Assembly: GCA_937934655.1 (NCBI GenBank)
Contig: CALGZB010000170.1
Location: forward strand, 56,882 to 120,881
DNA: 64,000 nucleotides
Direction of reading: 5' to 3'
Origin: an uncultured Acidimicrobiales bacterium
Lineage (GTDB): Bacteria; Actinomycetota; Acidimicrobiia; Acidimicrobiales; SHLQ01
The notes below the pieces were generated by a model. It did no database searches and was not told the DNA's origin. It worked only from the letters and a program-made list of their open reading frames with translations. Made by a program: the position numbers and the translations under genes. Of the stretch, positions 19,560-27,379 are shown piece after piece; positions within the stretch are counted from its first letter, which is position 1; each line of letters begins with the position of its first letter.

Positions 19560-20093
19560 TTAGGTTGCTTCACCGTCCGGCGTCTGACGTATCCAACGTT
19601 GCGCACCAGTTGTTTCGTGAGCGTCCAGGAGCCGAAATCCAGCTGCTTGCAACACGCCGATGGACCCGATGTTGTCCGCGGTTGTTTGCGCGACGAGTGT
19701 CGTCAGTCCTTGTGCGAAGACCCAGCTTGCCACCAGCCCAACCGCGGCACTTGCGTACCCGCATCCGCGATAGTCAGCCCCAATCCAGAATCCGACCATC
19801 GCCGCTCTGTGCTCTTGATCGAAGGGGCCGAGGCCTACTTCGCCCCGCACGACGCGGCCGTCATCATCGGTGATGACGAGGTCGATCGCCCGCTGCGAAC
19901 TCGCTCGTTTCAGGTGGCCAGAAATCCATCGTTCGGCATCGGTGGTAGTCCTCGACGCCGGCACGCCGCAGGTGGCCTGAATCTGCGCGTCATCCCATGC
20001 CGCAGCAAGCGACTCGGCATCAGAGTTCCCCCAAGGTCGCAACGCGACCACCGCATTTGTTAACGCTGGCTCCGGGTACCCGAGCATCGCCAT
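19560..20093 (-). CDS. GNAT family N-acetyltransferase (RimJ/RimL-like)
   Basis: 177 aa. Acetyl-CoA motif A YRGCGYASAAVGLV followed by NIGSIGVLQAAGF. Confidence 0.85.
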   Translation of the reverse strand: MAMLGYPEPALTNAVVALRPWGNSDAESLAAAWDDAQIQATCGVPASRTTTDAERWISGHLKRASSQRAIDLVITDDDGRVVRGEVGLGPFDQEHRAAMVGFWIGADYRGCGYASAAVGLVASWVFAQGLTTLVAQTTADNIGSIGVLQAAGFRLLDAHETTGAQRWIRQTPDGEAT

Positions 20094-20101
20094 GTGTGCC
20101 G

Positions 20102-20533
20102 CTACGACTCTGCGGACACCTGGCCGGCGCCGTCGGGGCGAAGGTCTGACGCTAAACGAGCCAGGACACCGTTGACGAAACGCCCGGAGTTCTCCGTTGA
20201 GTATTGACTGGCCAACTCGACGGCTTCAGAAACCACAGCAGTCGTGGGTACATCCGGCCGTTCGGTGAGCTCAAAGGTCGCCATCCGCAAAATCGTCCGA
20301 TCGATGACCGGCATGCGATCGACGGACCAATCATTGGCAACAGCATCGAGATACTGATCGATCTTTGCGAGATCCTCGGCAACGCCCAAGACAACATCCT
20401 GGCAATAGTCGCCGACCTCGAAGTCCTGGGCCTCAAGAATACTGACCGGGTCGACGCCGCGAACATCGGCTTCGTACAAAACGTTTAATGCCTCTTCGCG
20501 AGCCTCATGGCGCGATCCAATTCCACCAACCAC
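20102..20533 (-). CDS. nusB: transcription antitermination factor NusB
   Basis: 143 aa. SRHEAREEALNVLYEAD... and DRMPVIDRTILRMATFEL. Conserved efp-nusB pairing. Confidence 0.95.
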   Translation of the reverse strand: MVGGIGSRHEAREEALNVLYEADVRGVDPVSILEAQDFEVGDYCQDVVLGVAEDLAKIDQYLDAVANDWSVDRMPVIDRTILRMATFELTERPDVPTTAVVSEAVELASQYSTENSGRFVNGVLARLASDLRPDGAGQVSAES

Positions 20534-20541
20534 GGGCGGCG

Positions 20542-21105
20542 CTATGCCCGGCTCAAGTAATCGCCCGAGCGAGTATCGACCTTGATCGATTCGCCGGGGT
20601 TCACAAACAACGGCACCTGAACCACCAAGCCGGTGATAAGGGTGGCTGGCTTTGTGGCACCAGAAACCCGGTCGCCTTGGAGACCAGGTTCGGTCTCGGC
20701 GATTTCTAACTCGACCGATGGGGGAAGGTCGACACCGACGATCTCGGTTCCGTACATCTGGAGCACGGCGTTGTTGGATTCAAGGAGGTAGTTGACCGCG
20801 TCGCCGAGGGACTTCGGGTCGACATTCATTTGGTCGAAGCTCTCGTTGTCCATAAAGACGTAGTCGTCGCCATCGCGGTAGAGGAAGTTCATCTCGCGTT
20901 TGTCGATCATTGCCCGCTCGACCTTCTCGCCGGCGCGAAAGGTGCGCTCGACGTTGGCCCCGGTGCGAGCATTGCGCAGCGTGGTCCGCACGAAGGCATG
21001 GCCTTTGCCAGGCTTTACGTGCTGAAAGTCGGTGACGTAGAACAAGTTGTTCTCGATATCGAGATGCATACCGTTCTTCAGGTCGTTTGTGGTGATGGTG
21101 GTCAC
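20542..21105 (-). CDS. efp: elongation factor P
   Basis: 187 aa. FQHVKPGKGHAFVRTTLRN loop and a three-domain EF-P layout. Confidence 0.97.
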   Translation of the reverse strand: MTTITTNDLKNGMHLDIENNLFYVTDFQHVKPGKGHAFVRTTLRNARTGANVERTFRAGEKVERAMIDKREMNFLYRDGDDYVFMDNESFDQMNVDPKSLGDAVNYLLESNNAVLQMYGTEIVGVDLPPSVELEIAETEPGLQGDRVSGATKPATLITGLVVQVPLFVNPGESIKVDTRSGDYLSRA

Positions 21106-22310
21106 TAGTTCTTGTCTTTCAGTTCTGCGGGGTCAAAGGCGGGGACGAAGGATGCCTTCGAGGGTTCTGACGATTTCGAAGACTTCGTTAAGGCACGGTA
21201 TCCGTCATCGGTAACCACGACGGTGTCTTCGACTCGTACTCCCCCAATGTCGGGGAGATACACGCCTGGTTCAACCGTGATGACATGGCCAGTTTGGAGC
21301 ATCGTGTCCGATCGTGACGACACCGCCGGAAATTCGTGAATATCGAGACCAACACCGTGGCCGGTCCCATGCATAAAGGCGTCGCCGTACCCAGCGTTGG
21401 CAATAATGGTGCGGCAGGCATCGTCGATCACCTTTGCTTCGATCCCTGGCTTTACGGCCTCACGGCCAGCAGCCTGAGATGCGGTGACCAGATCCAACAT
21501 TTCTTGCTGCTGCGGCGTGGGCGTACCCACCATCTTCGTGCGGGTCATATCGGAGTGATAGCCGTCGACGAGTGCCCCAAAGTCGAGCACGACGAGGTCT
21601 CCAGCTTCGATGATCCGATCAGTCGGACGTGCGTGAGGTAGCGCCCCGTTGGGCCCCGAAGCGACGATGGTTTCGAACGATCGTTCAGATGCCCCAAATC
21701 GCCTCATTGCCGTATCGAGCTCAAAGCCGAACTGTTGCTCGGTGGGCCGTTCGAGGAGGAGCGCTTGAGTTGCTCCAAGCGCTGCGTCTGCTATCTCTGC
21801 AGCGGCCTCGATTCGGGCGATTTCGCCGTCGTCCTTTCGGGCTCGGAGATCCTCGACTAATCGGCTCGATGCCTCCAGCGGCATGCGCACGGCGGCCGTA
21901 AGTCGGGTGTGCTCGGCGACGCTTAGGTGGTCGGCTTCAAAGGTGAGGCGGCTTGCCGCTTTCACCAGTCGGGCAGTGGCGCCAAAGAGGTCGGGCGTAA
22001 TGTCGATTGCCGCCATGACGCCGGCCGCCTCAAGCTCGGCGGGCGCCTGTTCGGTGTAGCGACCATCGGTCACCAGCGTGGCATCGCCGACGGTTCTGGA
22101 GACAGGGCTGGAGACAGGGCTGGAGACAGGGCTAGAGACAGGGCCGGAAACACAGACGATGAGAATTGCGTTGGAGCCGCTGAAGCCGGTGAGATAGCGG
22201 ATGTTGGTGGCGGAGGTGATGACAACAGCCTCGACACCATCAGCGGCCATGCGTTCGAGCAGTCGCGGAATGCGCCCAGCCACATCCATCGGCGGAAGGT
22301 TCTCCGTCAC
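21105..22310 (-). CDS. M24B Xaa-Pro aminopeptidase/dipeptidase
   Basis: 401 aa. Pita-bread metal ligand blocks VLDFGALVDGYHSDMTRT, HGTGHGVGLDIHE, ITVEPGVY and VRVEDTVVVT. It occupies the pepQ position between aroB and efp. Confidence 0.9.
   Translation of the reverse strand: MTENLPPMDVAGRIPRLLERMAADGVEAVVITSATNIRYLTGFSGSNAILIVCVSGPVSSPVSSPVSSPVSRTVGDATLVTDGRYTEQAPAELEAAGVMAAIDITPDLFGATARLVKAASRLTFEADHLSVAEHTRLTAAVRMPLEASSRLVEDLRARKDDGEIARIEAAAEIADAALGATQALLLERPTEQQFGFELDTAMRRFGASERSFETIVASGPNGALPHARPTDRIIEAGDLVVLDFGALVDGYHSDMTRTKMVGTPTPQQQEMLDLVTASQAAGREAVKPGIEAKVIDDACRTIIANAGYGDAFMHGTGHGVGLDIHEFPAVSSRSDTMLQTGHVITVEPGVYLPDIGGVRVEDTVVVTDDGYRALTKSSKSSEPSKASFVPAFDPAELKDKN
22097..22144. repeat. 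in-frame 12-bp tandem repeat x4 inside the M24 peptidase gene
   Basis: TGGAGACAGGGC x3 plus TAGAGACAGGGC. It encodes (PVSS)4 in ...VCVSGPVSSPVSSPVSSPVSRTVGD... in the N-terminal domain. Confidence 0.9.
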
Positions 22311-23338
22311 GACTTGGCCATTCGTTCCATACGTTCCATTGCCGCTTCAAGAACTGAGCGGTCGATACCAACAACCGTCTCGACCCCGTCAGGACCGTCG
22401 AGCACAAAGGTCACGCCGTCGAGCGCCTTCTTGTCGCGAGAAAAGAGATCGATGAGCTCGGCGGGGTTCGCGTTTGCCGGGAGCGCAGCTTCGAGATCAT
22501 ACGCACCGAGCACGCGATAGTGCTCGGCCACCCGGTCGGCGTCGATTCGCCCGAGCTCAAAGGCAACCTCTGCGGCATACGCCAAGCCGATGGCGACACC
22601 CTCGCCATGTCGGATGTCGTAGGACCCCGATGTCTCGAGCGCGTGGCCCAACGTATGGCCGTAGTTGAGGATGGCTCGTCGGCCACCTTCTCGTTCGTCA
22701 GACGCCACCACATCGGCCTTGATGCGAACACTCGCGGCGACTCGCTCATCGAGGGGTAGCTCGTCAAGTGGTGGTTCCCCGGGAGCGGCGCCACCGAGAA
22801 AGTTGTATTTGGCGAGCTCACCCATACCGCTCTGAAATTCTCGGGGAGGGAGTGATTCGAGTGTTGCGGTGTCGCAGAAGACCGCCGATGGCTGCCAGAA
22901 CGCTCCGACGAGGTTTTTGCCCTCGGGGAGGTTCACTCCGGTCTTTCCGCCAATGGCCGCGTCGATCTGGCCGAGCAGCGTCGTGGGCACCGTCATGAAC
23001 CGGATTCCCCGGTGGTACACGGCTGCGCAGAACCCAGCGATATCGGTGACGACTCCCCCGCCGACTCCGACGATGAGGTCGCGACGGGTAAATCCACTCA
23101 CTGCCAACGAGGAACATAGCGATTCGATGGTGCCGAGGTTCTTAGCGGCTTCGCCGTCAGGGAGGGTGAAAACCTCAAACGCGACGCCCGGGTCGACGTC
23201 GACGCCGATGCCTTCCTGGGTGATGACGGCGACTCGACGCACGTCGTCGGGCAAGAGTGCCGGAAGTTCGTGACGGACTCCAGCGCCGACGAGGACCGGA
23301 TAGGAACGATCGCCGAGATCGACTTCGACTTCAATCAT
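22307..23338 (-). CDS. aroB: 3-dehydroquinate synthase
   Basis: 343 aa. GGGVVTDIAGF (NAD binding), KTGVNL, and the metal-ligand block LNYGHTLGHALE. Confidence 0.95.
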   Translation of the reverse strand: MIEVEVDLGDRSYPVLVGAGVRHELPALLPDDVRRVAVITQEGIGVDVDPGVAFEVFTLPDGEAAKNLGTIESLCSSLAVSGFTRRDLIVGVGGGVVTDIAGFCAAVYHRGIRFMTVPTTLLGQIDAAIGGKTGVNLPEGKNLVGAFWQPSAVFCDTATLESLPPREFQSGMGELAKYNFLGGAAPGEPPLDELPLDERVAASVRIKADVVASDEREGGRRAILNYGHTLGHALETSGSYDIRHGEGVAIGLAYAAEVAFELGRIDADRVAEHYRVLGAYDLEAALPANANPAELIDLFSRDKKALDGVTFVLDGPDGVETVVGIDRSVLEAAMERMERMAKS

Positions 23339-23458
23339 GGGAGCCTGTTCTGCGGGTGCGAAAACTCAAGTGGGGTGAGATCAAAGGATACTCGGCGAGA
23401 CCCTTCCTCAGAAGACCCGCAAACCGAAGACCTTCCCGACAAGCTCAGGAGCAAGCGG

Positions 23459-24409
23459 TTAGGCGAACGCACCTGGGAAGAAGATGATGATCAACGTACC
23501 CAAGGCGAGGGCCGGGCCCATCGGGGCACCCGTGTGAATCTTCTTTCCGCTGGATCCACGATCAAGCTCGAATTCCTCTTCGTATGCCATGTCGTCTTCG
23601 TACACCATGTCGTCTTCGTACTCATGTTCATCGTCATGCTCGTCGTTGGAAGATCCGATGTACTCGTCTTCCAGCGGATCCGGCAGGAGATCGATACCCC
23701 GTGAACGAGCGAAGATGATTCCCGCGCTCATTACGGCAAACAACATGCAGCCCAAGAACAGTGCGTAGGCCACAAAAACCGCAGCGACCATCGTGATGCC
23801 GTTTGCCGTCCAGCCGAGAAAGAGGCCCAACAGAAGCGCCAGCTTGACATCACCAAAGCCGATGCCCGGCGGATACGCGAACCACACAACAAACAGCAGT
23901 GCGAAGTAGCCGATCATTCCGGCAAACGCTGGCACGATCATTTCGGAGCTTCCGGTTCCGGCAGAGATTGCGACGATGAGCGCAGCCGCTGCCCCGAGGG
24001 TAGGAAACACAATGCGGTCGGGAATTCGGTAGAGGTAAAGATCGGTCACCGAAAGCGCAATCAGCCCAGCGCCAAGAACCAGATGGGGTAAGAGAAACCA
24101 GGAAGCGCCGAACTTAAGTGCAAACAGCGCAAACAGCACGGCGGTTGCAATCTCGATCGCCGGGTAGGCACCCGAGATACGAGCGTCACAGTGTGCGCAG
24201 GACCGCCCCTGCTTTATCCACGAAACGAGAGGTATAAGTTCGCTAGCGCCCAGTTCGTGATCGCACCCGGGGCAGTGAGGCCCCGGCGTAAACACTGGAA
24301 TCTCATCAGGAACCCGAGTTGCGACCATACTGAGAATACTGCCGACGATGAGTCCCAAAGGGACCATGGCCAGCACCAGCAGCACCGTTGGTACCGACAG
24401 CGAGGTCAC
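23459..24409 (-). CDS. A24 family prepilin peptidase with an acidic insertion
   Basis: 316 aa. Zn knuckles CPGC...CAHC. Catalytic Asp contexts SVTDLYLYRIPD and GFGDVKL. About 55 acidic residues (DPLEDEYIGSSNDEHDDEHEYEDDMVYEDDMAYEEEFELD) are inserted before the final PMGPALALG segment. Confidence 0.85.
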   Translation of the reverse strand: MTSLSVPTVLLVLAMVPLGLIVGSILSMVATRVPDEIPVFTPGPHCPGCDHELGASELIPLVSWIKQGRSCAHCDARISGAYPAIEIATAVLFALFALKFGASWFLLPHLVLGAGLIALSVTDLYLYRIPDRIVFPTLGAAAALIVAISAGTGSSEMIVPAFAGMIGYFALLFVVWFAYPPGIGFGDVKLALLLGLFLGWTANGITMVAAVFVAYALFLGCMLFAVMSAGIIFARSRGIDLLPDPLEDEYIGSSNDEHDDEHEYEDDMVYEDDMAYEEEFELDRGSSGKKIHTGAPMGPALALGTLIIIFFPGAFA

Positions 24410-26310
24410 TACGACTCTTTCTTGTCGTTCTTTCCGAGAAAGCGGAGAAGCAGGCTGCGGTCGACTGACGCATCTTCGGCTTCGGCTTCGGCAAGGGCGG
24501 CATCTCGGGCTTCGGGCGTTTCGGCCTTTGCCGCATTCGCAACCGCTCGAGCCGCAGATGGACTCAGGCTGGCCAACTGACGGGCCATATCGTTGCTCTC
24601 GGAGATAGCCGACTGGGCGCTGGAGGGAGCCTCGGGAAATGCAGGCGGCGCTTCAGGGAACGACGGAACACCGTCGACCTCTGACTCAGGGGCTCCTGAT
24701 GGGGCTCCCATTGCCGGAGGCGGTGGAAGTTCGGACTCGGCTGAAACGGCATCGATGCCGGTCTCATCGGGGGCGCTGGCGAACATGTCGGTGGCTGGCG
24801 AGTCATCGAGTGGGTCGATGGACCCTACTGGCTCGGCAAATCCGTCAAGACTAGGAGCACCATCGGCCATCGCTGGAGGCGGTGGAAGCTGGCTGGCGCT
24901 CTCGTTCGCTGGGGCAAAACCGTCAGATGCCGAGGCAAAGCCGTCAGGCGCTGGAGGTGGAGGCAATTGGCTTTCGGCTTCGCCGGAGCTCCAAGGGGCA
25001 TCGGCGTCAGCGACAGCAGCGGCGTTAGGGGCCGGCCACTCGGAAGGCGCCGTGTCGACGACCTCGCCGACCGCGGGTTCCCAGGTGGCGTCGGCTTCGT
25101 GTTCATTGTTTCCGAAGACATCATGAAGTACGCCACCGGTCGCGCCGCCGGCAACGGCAGCTCCGGTTGGCGCAAACAAGTCGCCTTCAGGCTCTGTTGC
25201 TGCTGGAGCGAAGGGATCAATGTCGACCGGGTCGTCAGAAAGGGGCGTCTCGCTAACCGCAGGTTCGCTCGGCGCAAAGGGGTCAGCGCCCACAGGTTCA
25301 TCGGCGAGTTCGGCGGAGGTGCTCTGGTCGGCATCGCTGTTCGGAGCAAATGGGTCGTCGGCCGCAACCTCGGCGACAGCAAAGGGGTCCTCGGCTTGTT
25401 CCGTTGCGATAGGAGCAGCAAATGGATCGTAGGACTCTTCCGCAACCGCCGGAGCGGCGAACGGGTCATCGACTTCGTCGGCAACCGAAGCGGCAAACGG
25501 GTCGGCAGATGCGCCAGCATCTTCTTCAGAGGTATGAAACGCAACCTCATCGAACGCAGGATCGTCGAAGGTAGTGGCATCAAAGGCTTCACTGTCTGCT
25601 GCCTCGGCAACAGTCTCTTCAGCAGTCTCTTCTTCAGGCGCTGCGGCGAACATTTCTTGATCAACTGGTTCTTCGTCAACCAGTTCTTGCTCAACCGGGG
25701 TCTCCACTGCAGCGGGCTCTTCGCTAGCAGGAGCCTCGTCGGAAACGTCGATGACGCCTTCGCTTACCAGGTCGTCGACCCGGCGCATCGCTTCGAGTTC
25801 ACCGAAGGAGAAGTTGGACGCAAGGTCGGCAACGGTGGCACCGCCACCGACTGCCGAAAGCACTCGCCATTGCTCGGCGGTAAACGTGACCTCGTTGGTT
25901 TCGATCTCGGGCCGAAACGAAACATGGCTGGTAATGCCGGGAACGTTCTCGGTGATCTCGTTGAGTTCGTCGAGCATCGAAGAGGACGCAGAAATCGACG
26001 ACTCGATGTCGTGACGTTCGTTGGACCCTTCGGGGGCGGAAGCCTCGTCGGAATCACCATCGGCGGTAAAGACAAACTCGCCCGTCTCGAAGCGGAGCAG
26101 CTGAAAGAGTCCTTCAGCGACGTCGGTGGAGCCAGTCGAAGGGTGCACGCCGAGATCAATCTCGGAAGCAACGAGTTCGCCATCGGCGACCCAAAGCGCG
26201 CCAAGACCACGATCGCCGGTGACGGCGAGCTTTCCGGTCTTGGTGCTGTTTGCCAGCAGACGCAGAACGTCTGGAAGAGCAAAGGTTTCGATTGTTCCCT
26301 GTAACGCCAC
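24409..26310 (-). CDS. DUF4388 (PATAN)-domain protein with a long acidic disordered DPFA/LPPPPA-repeat region
   Basis: ORF track gives 24409-26367. I prefer the GTG at 26310 (V/MALQGTIETFALPDVLRLLANSTKTGKL...), which has GGAGG 6 nt upstream and gives the typical DUF4388 N-terminus. Its stop overlaps the peptidase start by 1 nt. Confidence 0.8.
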   Translation of the reverse strand: MALQGTIETFALPDVLRLLANSTKTGKLAVTGDRGLGALWVADGELVASEIDLGVHPSTGSTDVAEGLFQLLRFETGEFVFTADGDSDEASAPEGSNERHDIESSISASSSMLDELNEITENVPGITSHVSFRPEIETNEVTFTAEQWRVLSAVGGGATVADLASNFSFGELEAMRRVDDLVSEGVIDVSDEAPASEEPAAVETPVEQELVDEEPVDQEMFAAAPEEETAEETVAEAADSEAFDATTFDDPAFDEVAFHTSEEDAGASADPFAASVADEVDDPFAAPAVAEESYDPFAAPIATEQAEDPFAVAEVAADDPFAPNSDADQSTSAELADEPVGADPFAPSEPAVSETPLSDDPVDIDPFAPAATEPEGDLFAPTGAAVAGGATGGVLHDVFGNNEHEADATWEPAVGEVVDTAPSEWPAPNAAAVADADAPWSSGEAESQLPPPPAPDGFASASDGFAPANESASQLPPPPAMADGAPSLDGFAEPVGSIDPLDDSPATDMFASAPDETGIDAVSAESELPPPPAMGAPSGAPESEVDGVPSFPEAPPAFPEAPSSAQSAISESNDMARQLASLSPSAARAVANAAKAETPEARDAALAEAEAEDASVDRSLLLRFLGKNDKKES

Positions 26311-26327
26311 GGTTACCTCCATAGCAG

Positions 26328-26366
26328 TGCAACTGAGTTGCGAATGAGCGATGCAACTGAGTTGCA
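26328..26366. promoter_or_regulatory. two copies of a 13-15 bp palindrome just upstream of the DUF4388 gene (operator-like)
   Basis: TGCAACTGAGTTGC(G) at 26328-26342 and TGCAACTGAGTTGCA at 26352-26366 (7-bp arms around a central G), centres 24 bp apart. The proximal copy is 8 nt upstream of the GGAGG SD. Confidence 0.5.
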
Positions 26367-26536
26367 AAAAAGTGATGTAACTAAAGTGCTCATCGGCACT
26401 TCAGGCTACCTTTTCAACGGTTCAAGCCAGCGGAGTTGAAATTATTTCTCCCACGCGAAACCCATCACAGTAGCGATGGTGCGCAATGTCCTCCGCCAAT
26501 CGTCTTCGTCCCAGCAGAAATGATCGGCCAGCACGT

Positions 26537-27379
26537 CTAGCGGCGAAGAGCTGCTTCGACGGCGGCGAACATCTGGTCGGTGGGTGCGGGCCGGGCTGTC
26601 CAGTAGGTGAATTGGGTTGCCGCTTGGAACACAAGCATCGACAACCCATTGGTCACCGTTGCGCCTCGGTTCGCAGCGGCACGCAACCAGGCGGTCTCCG
26701 CTGGTGCATAAATGAGATCGGCTACCACGTGATCCGGACTCAGCACCGCCGGGTCGCACGGTAACGCGTCGGGCGTCTCCGCCATACCAAGTGGCGTGGC
26801 GTTGACAATCAGTTGGCAGGAGGCAATGTCGGCCTTCGTGCCGGTTCTGGCCACACTGCCTCCGACGGCAGCGGCCTTCTCGCCGTTGTCGACGGATCGG
26901 TTGATGACCACGACATCGGAGGCGCCGTGACGAACCAGCGCATCGATAACCGCACGTGCGGCGCCGCCAGCACCGAGCACTGCCACCCGACATCCGGCGA
27001 CATCAAATCCGGTGTCATGCCGAAGGCCCTCGACGAAGCCGTCGCCGTCGGTGTTGTGTGCTTCAAGAACGCCATCACGGTTCACCACACAATTGGCGGC
27101 CTGAAGAGTCTGCGCTGCCGGCGAAACATCATCGACAAGCTCTAGCACCCGGGCCTTGTGCGGCATGGTGACGGAATATCCGCCGATGCCCATCGAACGC
27201 ATTGCGATGAAGGCGCCTTCTAGTGCCTCAGGCGTCACATCGAATGCCAGATAAACCCAGTCGAGGCCGAGGTGGGCAAACGCCGCGTTGTGGATTGCTG
27301 GTGAGAGCGAATGGCGCGCCGGGTCGCCGAGGACGGCCGCAAGCCGGGTTGCACCCGAGAGCGACGCGATGTCGATCAG
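26537..27379 (-). CDS. aroE: shikimate dehydrogenase
   Basis: ORF track gives 26537-27238 (starts MTPEALEG). Upstream, the same frame encodes the conserved N-terminus ...ATRLAAVLGDPARHSLSPAIHNAAFAHLGLDWVYLAFDV with no in-frame ATG/GTG/TTG. The extension to CTG at 27379 is inferred. Also has NADP loop VLGAGGAARAV and IVNATPLGM. Confidence 0.8.
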   Translation of the reverse strand: MIDIASLSGATRLAAVLGDPARHSLSPAIHNAAFAHLGLDWVYLAFDVTPEALEGAFIAMRSMGIGGYSVTMPHKARVLELVDDVSPAAQTLQAANCVVNRDGVLEAHNTDGDGFVEGLRHDTGFDVAGCRVAVLGAGGAARAVIDALVRHGASDVVVINRSVDNGEKAAAVGGSVARTGTKADIASCQLIVNATPLGMAETPDALPCDPAVLSPDHVVADLIYAPAETAWLRAAANRGATVTNGLSMLVFQAATQFTYWTARPAPTDQMFAAVEAALRR

